Assembly (NCBI GenBank): GCA_002269645.1
Contig: NIVC01002257.1
Coordinates: 124,001 to 188,000, forward strand
Reading direction: 5' to 3'
DNA from: Macrostomum lignano
Taxonomy: Eukaryota
Length of the DNA stretch: 64,000 nucleotides
Below the pieces are notes generated by a model. That model was not told where the DNA came from, searched no databases, and was given only the letters and a program-made list of their open reading frames with translations. The translations under genes were made by a program, and so were the position numbers. The first letter of the stretch is position 1. Each line of letters begins with the position of its first letter. Positions 23,961 through 36,835 of this stretch are shown piece after piece.

Positions 23961-25507
23961 CAGTTTCAAATTTAACATGGTGCAGGACCATTGTATAATA
24001 CGCAGACATGCCTGGTTTTGGTGCCTTGATAGAAAAATCACGATGTTGGGGGTGCCCGCTCGTCGGGGCCGCGTGGTGGCACTCCGTTGAAGGTCCCGAA
24101 GGTCGTCCAGACAGAGCTGAATGCTGAACATGGAACAGGACCATTGTATAATACGCAAACATGCCTGGTTTTTTGCCTTGATAGAAAAATCACGATGTTG
24201 GGGGTGCAGCTCGTCGGGGCCGCGTGGTGGCACTCCGTTGAAGGTCCCGAAGGTCGCCTGTATGTCTACAGGTCAGCCTAGAGGGTCGCCATTGTCCATT
24301 TCATTCACTGATTATGTCTACTGACTGAATGCTGCATGCAGAAGAGGATTCTTCCATTTCAGTTTTGGGAACGCAGCCGTCTCTGAGATGCCGATCGGAT
24401 GCTTTTGTTGAAGGTCTTGACGGTCGCCGCCGATGCTCCAGACGGTGATGAAGGGGACCCTGGTGCCTAGGATGCTGAGAACAAAGGCCTCTACGCAGAT
24501 GGACCCAGATTATTGAGCCAATATGGATTCACCATAAAGGTTTATACAGTGTAGTGTTGGTTGTTCTTGCCACGAGTGTCTTCGACAAGAATCGCTGAAT
24601 ATCTCGACGATGCGGACGTCGGGTGACTTTGAAAGTTAGTTCGTCGGAAAGGGCGGAAAATTTTGATCCACATGGTGGGCTTTTACGAAAATCGGTGGTC
24701 TTTCTACTGTGAATGCTTCTATAGAAGTGAGGTCCCGAATCAAAAATACACATTCCGTACAAAAGGCTGTTTTAATTGGCATTCTTGGGTGAGACTGAGA
24801 CTTTCAGTGCGGAGATAGCGAGAATGTCACTAACTTTTTCCAGAAATAATCTATCAGCTTCTTGCACTCCCCAAGACAGAATTGAATGCGGCCCTTATTT
24901 GAAGTATTAACTAAAATGGTTGATTTTGACAAGGTCTTTACTGTGATATTGTTCAGACCCGGTTTGTTTAATTCTTGAAACCCAGATGCTAACAAGTGGT
25001 TACGAGTAAACGATAACGAGTTAAACGAGTTGAGTTCCTTTTTGTAAGTGTCGTGAATTATTTTCTATTTCATGAGAAACTGGTAAAAGATTTTTATATT
25101 CAGGGAAAAAACTCCTTAGAATTTCGAGTATGAAGAGAAGCTGTGTATACTTAATTGAAAACAATTTAAAAGCAATATGCGAGCATTGCGAGCAATATGT
25201 AAAAGCATTGTAAATACAGACTGCCTTAACTTACTCGGCCTCGGACTACAAAGATCATGGCTTCAAGTAGATGACGGTCAGAAACTTCTTGAAATTTAGA
25301 CTGTTTATACTCGTATAAATACTTGGATTACAACTGTGTAAATATTATTTTTTCATTAGTGGTCCTTAGTTTTCACTCATAGTATCTTAACTAAAAAATT
25401 ACTACTTGTAGAATGTACATACACACAAGTTTGAGCATTAACAAGCTTTTTTACTAAAACTCGTTATAAAAATTATAAAAATATAGCACGACACTGGCTG
25501 CACTTAC

Positions 25508-25601
25508 ATATCTCCGTTGCCGCTCGTAGCGGCGGCAGCAACCAAATTTTGACTGCTGGCTTGACTTGAAACGATAACTTGTTATGTCTCTAGCGCTAAA
25601 T
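25508..25601 (-). other. Predicted 94-nt 5' exon of the GVIN gene, ending in the AT of a split start codon
   Basis: Acceptor ttcttctctctcttacag before 25601 and donor GTAAGT at 25507. AT|G gives ATG GCT TCT (MASSTV); an in-frame TAA lies upstream. Confidence 0.65.
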
Positions 25602-25799
25602 CTGTAAGAGAGAGAAGAATGGATTGATATTCATAGGAAAGATAAATTGTTTGGAGTAGTACGTGTACAATACATCATTGTCTAATAGCGGTAGTGCCTT
25701 TGGAAGTGGTTCTAGTGTCGAGTTGTGAGTTATTGTGTAACTAAAGAGCTATTATTCCAAGTAGCTTTGCTGCAGCAGCAGCAGTAGGAAGTATTAGTT

Positions 25800-26288
<489 letters not shown>

Positions 26289-26428
26289 TATAATCCTGAG
26301 ACTTACACACTAGAGTAGCGTTTGTAGTGGCTCAAACTTACAAAATGTAAGAGCTTGAACTTGGTCGTACCGCGGACACTACTTGATTTTCGAGACGAGC
26401 TGCGACTTTAATAGCAATTTATCAAAAG

Positions 26429-26772
26429 GAAGTTCCCTTTTCATTGTACAGTTACTTACGGAAAAACCCGGGAAAATTCTCGGGTATTCTATCGTTCGAA
26501 TACAATTGCCTGACTGCTTCTGACTGGATCCGCCACTGCTCTTGAACATGGATATTGAGCGCCCACTGCTCTTAGGGTAGAGTAGACTGCATGCGGGTGA
26601 AGAAGGATTAATCATTTTTCGTTCTATTGATTTCTACTTTATCCAATGCAATGAAATTGGCCTGGGCTTATCGCCACAACCCTTGACGGCCAAATCCTAC
26701 AAGGGCCAAACTGGCATGTGCAAAGTTTTCAAGGGATTTTAAATTGACGAAGTTCCCTTTATTTTGTACAGT
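26429..26772 (-). promoter_or_regulatory. Two copies of GAAGTTCCCTTT-N4-5-TGTACAG upstream of GVIN (26429 reads GGGAACTTCC on the minus strand)
   Basis: gaagttcccttttcattgtacagt at 26429 and gacgaagttccctttattttgtacagt at 26746. GGGAACTTCC fits the Rel consensus GGGRNWYYCC. Confidence 0.45.
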
Positions 26773-27061
26773 GGCTGGGTGTACATTAGAAAACAAAACA
26801 AATGAGATTCCACATCGTTTTACTCTCATAAGCTCTTACATTGAATACGAGTATTTTACTCTGAATAGATTAGTTATGCGACGTAAGGACGAGAATCACG
26901 AAATCGAATTCTTTAGACATTAAAAGTACATGTACATGTAGAGCATATGCTACTTCTAAGGTAAATGTGAATAAAAAAATTAAAAACAAATAATAAAATC
27001 CTCGAACAATGGACAAAAATGGACAAAAACAATGCCTTAAATATGCATAAAAAGTCAGGTA

Positions 27062-27308
27062 GGTGAGTTCGACGGCATAGGAGGAGAACTCGACAATGCT
27101 CTGGATAGTCTGAGCGATTCGGTGATATACATGTACAGTCGCCGGTTTATTCACGGTCGCCGAAAGTATGGTTAAGAATATGGAGATCGCGATGAAGTTC
27201 GTCAAGGAGAACGATAGGCCGAGAGAGGAGCAGGAAAGCCTGCGAAAAAGAAATGGATAGGAGCTAGAAAGACATCGTGCTTCTGGCGATGCAGCTCCCA
27301 AGAAGTAG
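27062..27308 (+). pseudogene. Pseudogene fragment of the hairpin/coiled-coil family (member D)
   Basis: GEFDGIGGELDNAL../frameshift/..VAGLFTVAESMVKNMEIAMKFVKEND matches member B GEFDDQRGKLDDAL...ITGLFTVTEKMVENMEIALRIFKEQE. Contains an internal stop. Confidence 0.8.
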
Positions 27309-28821
27309 GGCTGAGTGATATTCTGGCGGCGACACATGTTTACTGATAAGATTTGGCTTACAAATTTATTTTTAATAAAATTTCTCAAGACTGTATACGA
27401 ACTATTAATTAGTTTTTACGTGTTTCTGGAGGCTTTTGTTTCTGCTGTGCTGTTATTTGTATCATGCATCATGAACCAGCTGAATTTTATTTTTACTGAT
27501 TTTTTTCTTGCATGCGTCTTGAAAAACACTGTATTACAATGAGTACGAGTATAACAGTGACGGTTCCCTAAAACAGTTCAGCCCCCAAAACTGTTATTAG
27601 TTAGTTTTTTTATATTTTCGCATGTGCCTGCAAAGCTTAATGAAATATAATCCTCATTTAATTGATAGGTTGGAGTAATTAATGACAAACCTTTTTGCTC
27701 GTCAGTATATGAAGGCTAACCACAAAAGTTAAGGCAAAGCAAAGGTTGCAACATGGATAGCTCAAAACCATTAATGCAACATACAAAAAGCGGATTATCA
27801 GATCTCAAGCGTCAAACTGCCATTAGTGTCATAGTAACATTAAAAATATGAAGAATTGACTTGTGACAGAAATTGGTAGAAAATTTGATCTATAAACTGA
27901 TTATGAAGTTAAAGCTTTTAAAAGTGACCGACCATCTTTTTCTGCCATGTGAAACTTCGAGCTAGAGTTAATTAGGTCGAGCTTGTGTCGTATGTAGTTT
28001 TGAGCCTGTACTGTGTGAAGCTTTGAGCTAAGGAATTTTACTTCGGCGATGTGAAATTTTCAGCTTGTGAAATCAACATAAATTCATAAGTTGTAATTTC
28101 CAGAAATTTTGTAATTATACATTTAAACCCAACAATCAGCTAACACGCAACGAAAAAGGGGAATGGCATCTGACTGCTCGATTAATTAACAAATTGGTCG
28201 AGCTAATGTGTAAACCCATACATGCTTGGTCGAAGTTTGAACCTCAATATTATTAACGAAGCAGCCGTAACCAAGACAGATAGGACCGCAGTAGTTGCGC
28301 CACCGACCGTGCACGCTTGCGCACACTTTGGACTTACAGTTTAAAAGCTTTATCTTTAAAACAAAGTAAACACTTTTCTGCTTCGGAGTTTAGAATACTT
28401 ATTTATTATTTCAGTAATAAAGTGGATTTATCATGTATTCACTTGCGATTAATAAGGCGTATTGAAATTTAAAGGTTCAGCATTAAAAAGTAAGTTTTTT
28501 TAAAACGAAGCTTTCATCGAAATGATCCCACCTCATGGAGTCATGGGCCACGCGTGCGTGACATAATACATGTAGTCACAAACCTAGATTGTAAACTGCG
28601 ACTCTGCACCACACGCTAAGACTGCCACCTTTCTTACTGTACTGCTGTGCAGCCGTACTGACTATTCATGTATTGAGAAAGGCTTCCACGTTCCACTCTT
28701 ATTATACGGAGTTCAGTGGCTACTGGCTGTGGCCCAGCACCAAGCAGTCGCAGACAACAGTGGCAAGCAAAACAAAATCGAGAAAGAAACTTCATAACAT
28801 ACAAAATATTACTATTCAACG

Positions 28822-31800
28822 GATATAGTGACCTTCAGTATTTCAGTTAAAACATTTTATCCCCAGGGACCTGGGATTCTTTGCTTAACTTCCTAAATAA
28901 GTAATTTATTTACTATATACACCTATGCTATGACTATATAAATAACAAAGCTGTAAAAAGCAAAATGGCTATATTTTATGTTTTTACAGTCATAAGAAAA
29001 TATTTCATTAATGAATTGATACTGAGTTTTAGTTAGTTATAAATGGTGTATGCAAGGGAAGGGGCCAAGGCCAAGGGGCTATGCTATGCCTTTTCCAATT
29101 GCTTAGGGGATAAGAAAGGTTTGTGGTATGGCAGCCAGCAGGCTGAGTACCACTTTCCACTGTTCTCCACCTTTTACTGTCCTGCCAGTACATGAAAAAA
29201 GCTCTTTTATAGTTGCACCTCCCCAAAAGTCCTTTATTGTTGTATTAATAATGGTCTGGTCTTCCAATGGAAAATCCTATATATACCAACATATTAAATT
29301 GTTTTTTTAATTTTAATTAATATAAATATTTTTATAGCCTCATGATGAATAAAGCAAGAAGATGGCTTTTTTGTTATATAGCAGATAATTGGATTAATCT
29401 ATGATCTAGCAGATTAGTAGCCAATTTCACCCTTAGCATAAATTTGCAGATCTAGTTATATAGATTGATACTTAATTTGATGTACCTTGCAAAGGCCAAC
29501 CAGGATTCAATTGATTGGTTGGCAGGTAGGCCTAGGCCAAGGTAGACAGTAGAAAGGTTGAAGGCAAGGAGGCTAAATAGCTAAGGGGCCTGCAAGCTTA
29601 GAGTAAGAAAGTGCAGGGTTTTCTTTTTGTCCAGACAAAGATAAGATGCAAAACCACACCCTATGCTCACTTTCATGGTGCAATTTTAAGACTCAGAGTG
29701 CAATTTCTCTTATTTTATAAAGGCAGTACAAATAAGACTTCAGTGGAAAAATAGGTTATGAGTGTATATGCACATTCTGCGCGCAAAAAATAAACCTAAA
29801 TAAAGTGAGAAGTGCAGCAAAGAGGCAAAGGGAAAGAGCAGCTGCTGACTGCTTAAAGAATATAAGTAATGGTATATATGTGAGATAAGGAGATACAATG
29901 AATATGCTTCTACAAATGACATTGCCATAGCTTTTTGTTACAGGCATCTTTATTCTCTGATTATAGATCCCACTGATGTCACCAGCTGTTACAGGTGTCT
30001 TTGTTCTCTGAAATCTTATAGATCCCATTGATGCCACTAGCTGTGATAGGTGTTATTTCTATCCTCTAAAACAATCCTATACCAATTTAACCACCAAAGT
30101 TGGCCTACTATTAATGTGTCTAATTATTTTATTTCTTAGAATCAGTTGGCTTAGTGCATTTCTGGGTAGCATTCTATGTATAATTCTGGTAGCATCTAAT
30201 GTCTAATTCTAGAAGCATCTAATGTATTAAAGGGTCTGAGCAGTCTAGTACTGGTATAGATATATGTCCAATTGGGCATTACCAAGATCAGAGTGTCACA
30301 GCAAAAACTCTCAGTATTCCTTTGTATAATTCTCCAACTCCTACTCTTAATAACCCTTCTATACTATTCTTAAGTTGGGCTTTGAAATAAAAAACACTTG
30401 ACTTTGAACTCTGAGTATTTGAATTGAACCACTAGAGACTTTTAGCTCATGAATAGGTTGCTTTATTTGTTGCAAAAAGCACTCCCATAAATAGCAGATT
30501 TTCCTTTACTCATTAAAACAAAAAATAATTCAGCTTTTTATTCAGAAAGTCTAATAAAAAAACTTAATTTTGGTATCATGCACAAATTCAACTTCCTAAT
30601 AAAAAGTAGAATATTATTAGTGCTACTTAAAAAATTCTATTCTAGACTAAAAACTAAGTGAAAAAGAAATTTATAAATATCAACTAGTGTATAGTCTAAA
30701 CTATTTTAGCTAGCTGACTAAGATGCAAAATTATACTTTTAGTTGCCTTCAAACTTGCCTTGCTCTATCTTTTTTTTCTTTACTATGCTTTTCCCTATCA
30801 TACTATGCTGTTTTACTGCTAAATTGCACTATACCATTCCATACTACTAGATATACTATACTATATTGTATTGTTACTAGGCTGCTATACGCTAGATATA
30901 TCAAAACTGCCTATGTATATACACTGCAATTGTGCTTAAATCTTATTTGTGCTTTTAAATTAATGTTAAAATATCTTGTTCAATGACTAGGAACTAAGAC
31001 TTTTATCTCCCTTAGCAAAAATGATCTATAGTGCCTAATCATATTAATATTATTGATTTTGGATATTGAAGTTCTGGCTTATGATCCCATAAAAAATACA
31101 TCAACTATTCTAACTATGTTAAGCTATTCATGGCCACACTAGTTTGAAACTAAAATAGTGTCAAAGCTTATTGCCCAAAATAGTTATATAGATTGATGAC
31201 ATTAGCCCCCTTAGTATGTTATCTATGGCATAAGTTTTTTATATTCTATTTATATAGGCTCAATAATTTAGTTTTATTGTCAACTCCAAAGTAAAAAAGG
31301 CTAATGAACTAGCATAATTCTAACTAATATATCACTTTTAAATTTAATTAATTCATTATAATAATTTTCAATAACTTATACAATTGTCCCTTATAGTTAT
31401 GAACAATTTTTTGCCTATTTTTAGTAGCCTTTTAAATTTTTTAAGAATGTATGAGCTACAAGTATCAAGTGCATTTATAATGCACTTCATGTCCCCCTTC
31501 AAATGGGAGCCGCAACAAGTACATGTATAGTAAAACAGTTTAAATATCAATAAACTATTTATATAAACAGTATGCTTCAGCTCTAATGCCAGTATTGAAA
31601 ATTTAAAGCCTTTGCAAACTTTCCAATTATATACTCTATTTTTGTAGATACATTCTAGACATTCTAGATTATAATATTCTAGATAATTAAAAATAAGCAT
31701 AAGCTTATTTTGTTTTAATATTCTTAGAAAGTCCTTTTAGGTTAAGGACTTGTGCAAAAATATTTTTGCTACTATGTATATGCTATGTGTTTGAAATAAT

Positions 31801-32329
31801 TGGGGCTGAAGACTAAAATTAAGATAAATATTTTCACTTCCAATGCAAGGAACTCTCAAGTCCCTAGGGTCAGAGACTCCAGAAGCAGAAATTTTCTATG
31901 CCATATGCACATGGTATGGTTAGGGTGGTAGGGTAAAGTTATGAATCCTTGGAAAACTTAGGATAAATGCAGTCTATCTGCAATGTCTTCTTGTACAACA
32001 GGGCTAGCTGAGTGTTGGTTCAGTCACTTCCAAGTACTGAGCATCTAAAAAGGGGATGAGTAGCTTGTATTGAGTAACAAGTACTTTTCAAGTCTTTTAT
32101 ACAACATATATTGCACAAATACAATACAATAAGCAAAATCAAAAAGTTTACTGAGCTGTATAGCTATTTTAAAAATTTTCAACTTCACAGGAAAAATCAC
32201 TTCTTTTGAAAGTAGATTTCCTGCCTTTTCCAAGGAACAAAAACTGTGAAATTTACTTTTGGAAGTTTCAATTCTTTTGACATCAAAACTTGTTGCAAAT
32301 TGATTATAATTAATTACTCATCTAATACT
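28822..32329. other. 3.5-kb AT-rich block almost devoid of CpG; probable hypermutated old insertion
   Basis: Manual scan found 4 CG dinucleotides (29780, 29782, 30890, 31511). Flanking DNA has frequent CG. Confidence 0.75.
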
Positions 32330-32579
32330 CGTCAAAACTCTATTATAAACAAGCACCAAGTATCCCAAGTACCTAGTACTGAGTACAGGTGAAGGTCTTC
32401 TTGTGGAATTAAGACACATTTAGAAGCTCAATACATGTGCGTATATAAAACAACAACAACAAATAAAAGTTAATTGAGAACATTTTTACAACTAAAACCC
32501 CGCGCACTTTACAGCAGTTCAATAGCGCTATTCAGAGCCTGCTCAACTAAATAATAATAACAATAGTAATAATATCCAA

Positions 32580-33172
32580 ATGGCCAAAGCGCACCAGCTT
32601 GACGCAAAGCTGCGCACTCAAGACGTTGCCCAGGGCGACGCGGCCAACTTTGCCGATTTGCTACTGTCCGAGCCTGTGCTGGCCGGCCTGTCCGAGGCTG
32701 GCTACCGGACACCGTCGCCAATCCAGCTGAAGGCCATCCCGCTGGGCCGGTGCGGCCTGGACCTGGTAGTGCAGTCCAAGGCGGGCACCGGCAAGACCTG
32801 CGTGTTCGCCGTGTTGGCTCTGGAATCGCTGGCGCCAGATTTTGCTAACAACCACCGCCAAGGCGAAGTTGTCGCTGGCGTGCGAGTTCTGGCTCTGTCG
32901 CCCACTCGCGAAGTGGCTCTGCAGAGCCGGCGGGCTATCGAGACCATCGGGCAGCGTCTGGCTGGACTGCGCTGCGGCCTGTTCATCGGCGGCCTCGGCG
33001 CCGGGGTCAAGGAGGCTGAGGCTGAGGCGGCGGTCTGTCAGGTTGCCGTGGGCACGCCCGGCCGCGTACGGCAGCTCATTGAAGCCGGCTGTCTGAAGAC
33101 TGACAGAGTCCGCATGCTGGTGCTCGACGAGGCGGATGCACTGCTTAATGAGTCTTTTCAGCAGGATATTAA
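32580..33172 (+). CDS. DDX20: DEAD-box helicase DDX20/Gemin3, exon 1
   Basis: Q motif FADLLL..PSPIQ, QSKAGTGKT, SPTREVA, GTPGR, LDEAD. Donor aa|gtgaga, phase 2. Confidence 0.85.
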
Positions 33173-33329
33173 GTGAGAGTTGCTTATTTGCTACTTGTTA
33201 GTAGGCTAGCATTTCTTGATAGGGTAACTTGATTCATGGATCTTGATGTAGCATACTTGGAGAATCCGCCTCCCCTTCCTTTGGGGGGGGGGGTATAACC
33301 CCCAAAAAGATTTTAAGATGGAAAATTCC

Positions 33330-33607
33330 CTCTCAGATCAGATGAAGAATCCCCCAGATTCCCAGATGAAAAAAACCCCCAGATCCCAGATGAAGAATCG
33401 CCCCAGCTTTCCAGATGAAGAATCTCCCCAGATTCCGCAGATGAAAAAATCCACCAAATAGACCTAACAGATAAAGAAATCCCCCGATTCCAAGATAAAT
33501 AATCGCCCTAGATTGCCAGATGATGAATCTCCCCAGATTCCCAGATAAAGAATCACCCCAAATTCCCAAATGAAGAAATCTCCCAGATTCCCAGATGAAG
33601 AATCATT
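33330..33607 (+). repeat. About 21-bp minisatellite (cccagattcccagatgaagaat), about 13 copies, DDX20 intron 1
   Basis: Degenerate tandem array; reverse complement of the intron 2 array. Confidence 0.85.
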
Positions 33608-33682
33608 CCAACTTTTCGAGCACTGCATTCCCACCTTCCTCCCACTCACTGATTGCCAACCCCCACTTGCCCTTGTTTGCAG

Positions 33683-34159
33683 CTGTATCTACTGGAAGCT
33701 GCCGCAGAACAAGCAGGTGCTGGCCCTGTCGGCCACCTACCCGGACTCCATGGCCCAGCAGCTGTCGATGTACATGCGCGATCCAACGCTGGTCCGTCTA
33801 AGCGGCGGCCAACTGCTTGGCGTTCGACTCTACTGGCACTCCGTGCCGGACAGCCACCTGCCTAATCTTGTGCTCGAACGGAAAGCTCGAATACTTGGCG
33901 ACTTATTAGCCCAGGTGCAGTTCGGCCAGTGCCTGGTGTTCTCCAACTATCAGGAGCGGGCTAGGGAGCTGTGCCAGCGGCTTGAGGCAGCCGGCTGGCC
34001 GGTGGCCTATCTGGCTGGCCGGCTGCAGCAGTCCGAGCGAATCGGGGCCTACGATCGGCTGCGCGACTTCCGCTGCCGAGTTCTGGTTGCCACCGACGTG
34101 GCCGCCAGAGGCGTCGATGCGGAGAATGTCGATCTGGTGGTTAATTTGGATCTGCCAAG
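33683..34159 (+). CDS. DDX20: DDX20 exon 2 (477 nt)
   Basis: Acceptor ttgtttgcag. N|CIYWKLPQNKQVLALSATYP, VFSN, ATDVAARGVD. Donor ag|gtaaaa. Confidence 0.85.
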
Positions 34160-34314
34160 GTAAAATACAAGTGCTTGTGTAATATCTGACTCACTTTTCT
34201 ATTGTACAATAGTTTAAGGCAAAGATCCATATTCATACTACTTACGTCGTAATTAAGTCGCTTAAATTCAAACCCCAAAAATGATCTTTTCAAAACTGTT
34301 TTGAAACTGTAATA

Positions 34315-34885
34315 AAATCTGGAGAGTTCTCCATTTTAGAATCTATTTAAAGAGGATTCTCCATCTGTTAATCTAGGGGGAATTCTTCATCTGGAAATCT
34401 AGGCGATTCTCCATCTGCGAATCTAGGGGGGATTCTCCATCTGGGAATCTAGGGGGATTCTCCATCTGGGAATCTAGGGGGTTTCTCCCTCTGGGATCTA
34501 GGGGGTTTCTCCATCTGTGAATCTTAGGGGGTTTCTCCATCTGGGAATCTAGGGGGTTTCTCCATCTGGGAATCTAGGGGGTTTCTCCATCTGGGAATCT
34601 AGGGGGGATTCTCCATCTGGGAATCTAGTGAGATTATTCATCAGAAAAACTAGGGAGATTATCTATCTGAAAATCTAGGAGGATTCTTCCTAGGAGGGAT
34701 TCTCCATCTGGGAATCCAAGGGTGATTCTCCATCTGGGAAGCTTAGGGTGATTCTCCATCTGGGAATCTTAGGGTGATTCTCCATCTGGGAATCTAGGGT
34801 GATTCTCCATCTGGGAATCTTAGGGTGATTCTCCATCTGGGAATCTAGGGTGATTCTCCATCTGGGAATCTATTGGGATTCTGCA
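34315..34885 (-). repeat. About 21-bp minisatellite (attctccatctgggaatctaggg), about 26 copies, DDX20 intron 2
   Basis: Same unit as 33330-33607 in the opposite orientation. Confidence 0.88.
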
Positions 34886-35022
34886 ATAGGGAATCCGTAA
34901 AGCACCGACATAGTGAAAGTCTAAGGTGTACTTAACTGAAAGTGTTGAACACTCGCTCCAACAACTAAAGCTACATGTACTGAAGATACTTCTGATACTA
35001 GCTTAACCCATTTGGCCGCCAG

Positions 35023-36244
35023 GGACCACCGCACTCTGTTGCACCGGATCGGCCGGGCTGGCCGCTTCGGCAGCTACGCGGCCGCCGTCAGCCTAGTCGG
35101 CGACGGTCCCGAGCTCCGGCAGCTGCACGAGTTCGAGCGCCTCGCCGGCCTCCGCATGTCGCCGCTGCCGGAGCCGCCGCCGTCGGATTTGGCCAACGCC
35201 CCGCCTGTTGGCGACTCGGCCGCGGCCGCTGCCAGCTTCATTGAGGTGGCCGCCGACTCTGACGACAACGGCGACGACGTTGTGTCAGTGAAATCCGCCG
35301 CTCCGACCGATCGGTCGATGTTCGAATCCGACTCGCCAATCAGACCGCCCAGGCCGCAGAAGCAGTCGGGCGGCAGAAGTGGCAAAGGAAAGCAGAAATT
35401 TAAGCGCGGTCGTCAGCACCGACAGGAGGCCGAAGAATTGCCGCAGGCTGACGATGCGGACGACTGGGCCGCCTTCGAGGCGTCGGCTGGGGCTGCAGCA
35501 GCTTCGTCGGCTGAGGATGCCGAAGTGCTTCGACTGCGAGCTTTGCTGCACGGCGGCGCTGGAAGCTCGAGCGAGACGGCTCCGCAGCCGCAGGTTGCAC
35601 CGCCGGCGCCACAGCCGCAGGTGGCACCGCCAGCGCCGCAGCCAGCAGCACCTGCGCCCATAGCGAGCGCCGACTTTAGTTGGATTGCTGAAGAATCCAG
35701 CGCGCTAGCCGGCCTGCTGAGTGACTGGCTTGATGGTGCGTCGGGCCGTCGGGATTCTGCGGCTAAGATGCCGGCTGATATGCTAGAAGCCCGGCGCATC
35801 ATCGACAAGACGGCAGCTGCTAATAATAGAACCCAGAAGTTGCCGCTGGAGCTGTTGCTATTTCCAGATTCAACTGCAGCTGACTGCCTGCCCGCTGATC
35901 GGCTGCTGGCACTCAATAAGCAAATTCAATGCCTTGCGTGCCGGTCTAGTGGTCATACTGCCGCCCCTACTGAGCCTACTTCCGCCCCTACTGAACCTGC
36001 ATCCGCCCCTGCTGTGCCTGCATCCGCCCCTGCTGTGCCTGCATCCGCCCCAGCAACAACAACAGCAGCAGCAGCAGTCTCTAGCGATCCGCTGTCCCCT
36101 AGCGATCGTCAGCTGCTGCACGAGTTGCTGGCCGCTGATGCCGAGCTGGAGCAGCTCAGGCAACTTGTTGACTGGCATCGGCAGAGCTGCGAACGGGAGT
36201 GGGCGCTTATGGAGCACCTGCGACAACAGCTTTACGAGTATTAA
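35023..36244 (+). CDS. DDX20: DDX20 exon 3: motif VI plus low-complexity C-terminal extension (total 763 aa)
   Basis: Acceptor ccgccag. R|DHRTLLHRIGRAGRFG. Exon lengths 593+477+1222 = 2292 nt, in frame. Confidence 0.82.
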
Positions 36245-36696
36245 GATTATCTAGTTTTATAAAATTTGCATTTATAATGGACAAGGCATTTGCTAATTAT
36301 TGGTTTTGATTACAAAAACAATAAATGAAACGGAAATGTAGTGGACTTTTGTAACTATATAATTCATATCGTCTCTTTGTTGCTACCTAGTGGTGAAACT
36401 TTTCATAGAATTTTTATTGTCGAAGTTCATATTGTAGAAAAAATTTCTAGGATATCTGTTACCATAACGAAGGTTGGATTCGACTTTGATTAGCTTTTCT
36501 AGGGTTGGAGAGAACCAAAAATGTCTGTTGACCTACCCTATTCGAGTGTTTCGTAGTGCAATCAAAGTTTTTGCTGTCAAATCTTGAAATCCAATTAGCT
36601 AGTTATTACGAGCGTACAGAGTTAAAAACACAACACAATCGTAGTTTATCATTAATTATCAGATCCATAGCCCATTTCTCGACCGTGACTCTCAAC

Positions 36697-36835
36697 TTCC
36701 TTCAGATTGCCTGTCCATTCACCTTGTGCCCTGTGTCTGCCCCTTCGTCCTTCAACACCACCTTCGACCACAGCCTCCAGCACTCCATCACTTCTCGCAA
36801 CATGCCAGAAGAAGCGGAGAATTTCCTTCTCCGCA
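36697..36835 (-). mobile_element. RTE-like LINE 3' fragment
   Basis: Minus-strand translation ILRFFWHVARSDGVLEAVVEGGVEGRRGRHRAQGEWTGNLKE resembles the RTE C-terminal L.FFGH.R...G.VEG.R.RGRP..W motif. Confidence 0.6.

Larger units (their letters stand above)
21650..24709 (-). mobile_element. Decayed piggyBac-family element (3060 bp) in the GVIN intron
   Basis: 14-bp TIR cagtagaaagacca at both ends and TGAA duplication (21646-21649, 24710-24713). Long internal inverted arms and frameshifted transposase remnants. Confidence 0.75.

Noticed and set aside
22114-24324. Multiple short duplicated ORFs (MLNMEQDH..., MPPRGPDE...)
   Set aside because: By-products of the 151-bp repeats and inverted arms of the piggyBac.
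31368-31700. 110-aa Cys-containing ORF in the CpG-poor block
   Set aside because: AT-rich low-complexity composition, no recognisable domain or splice support.
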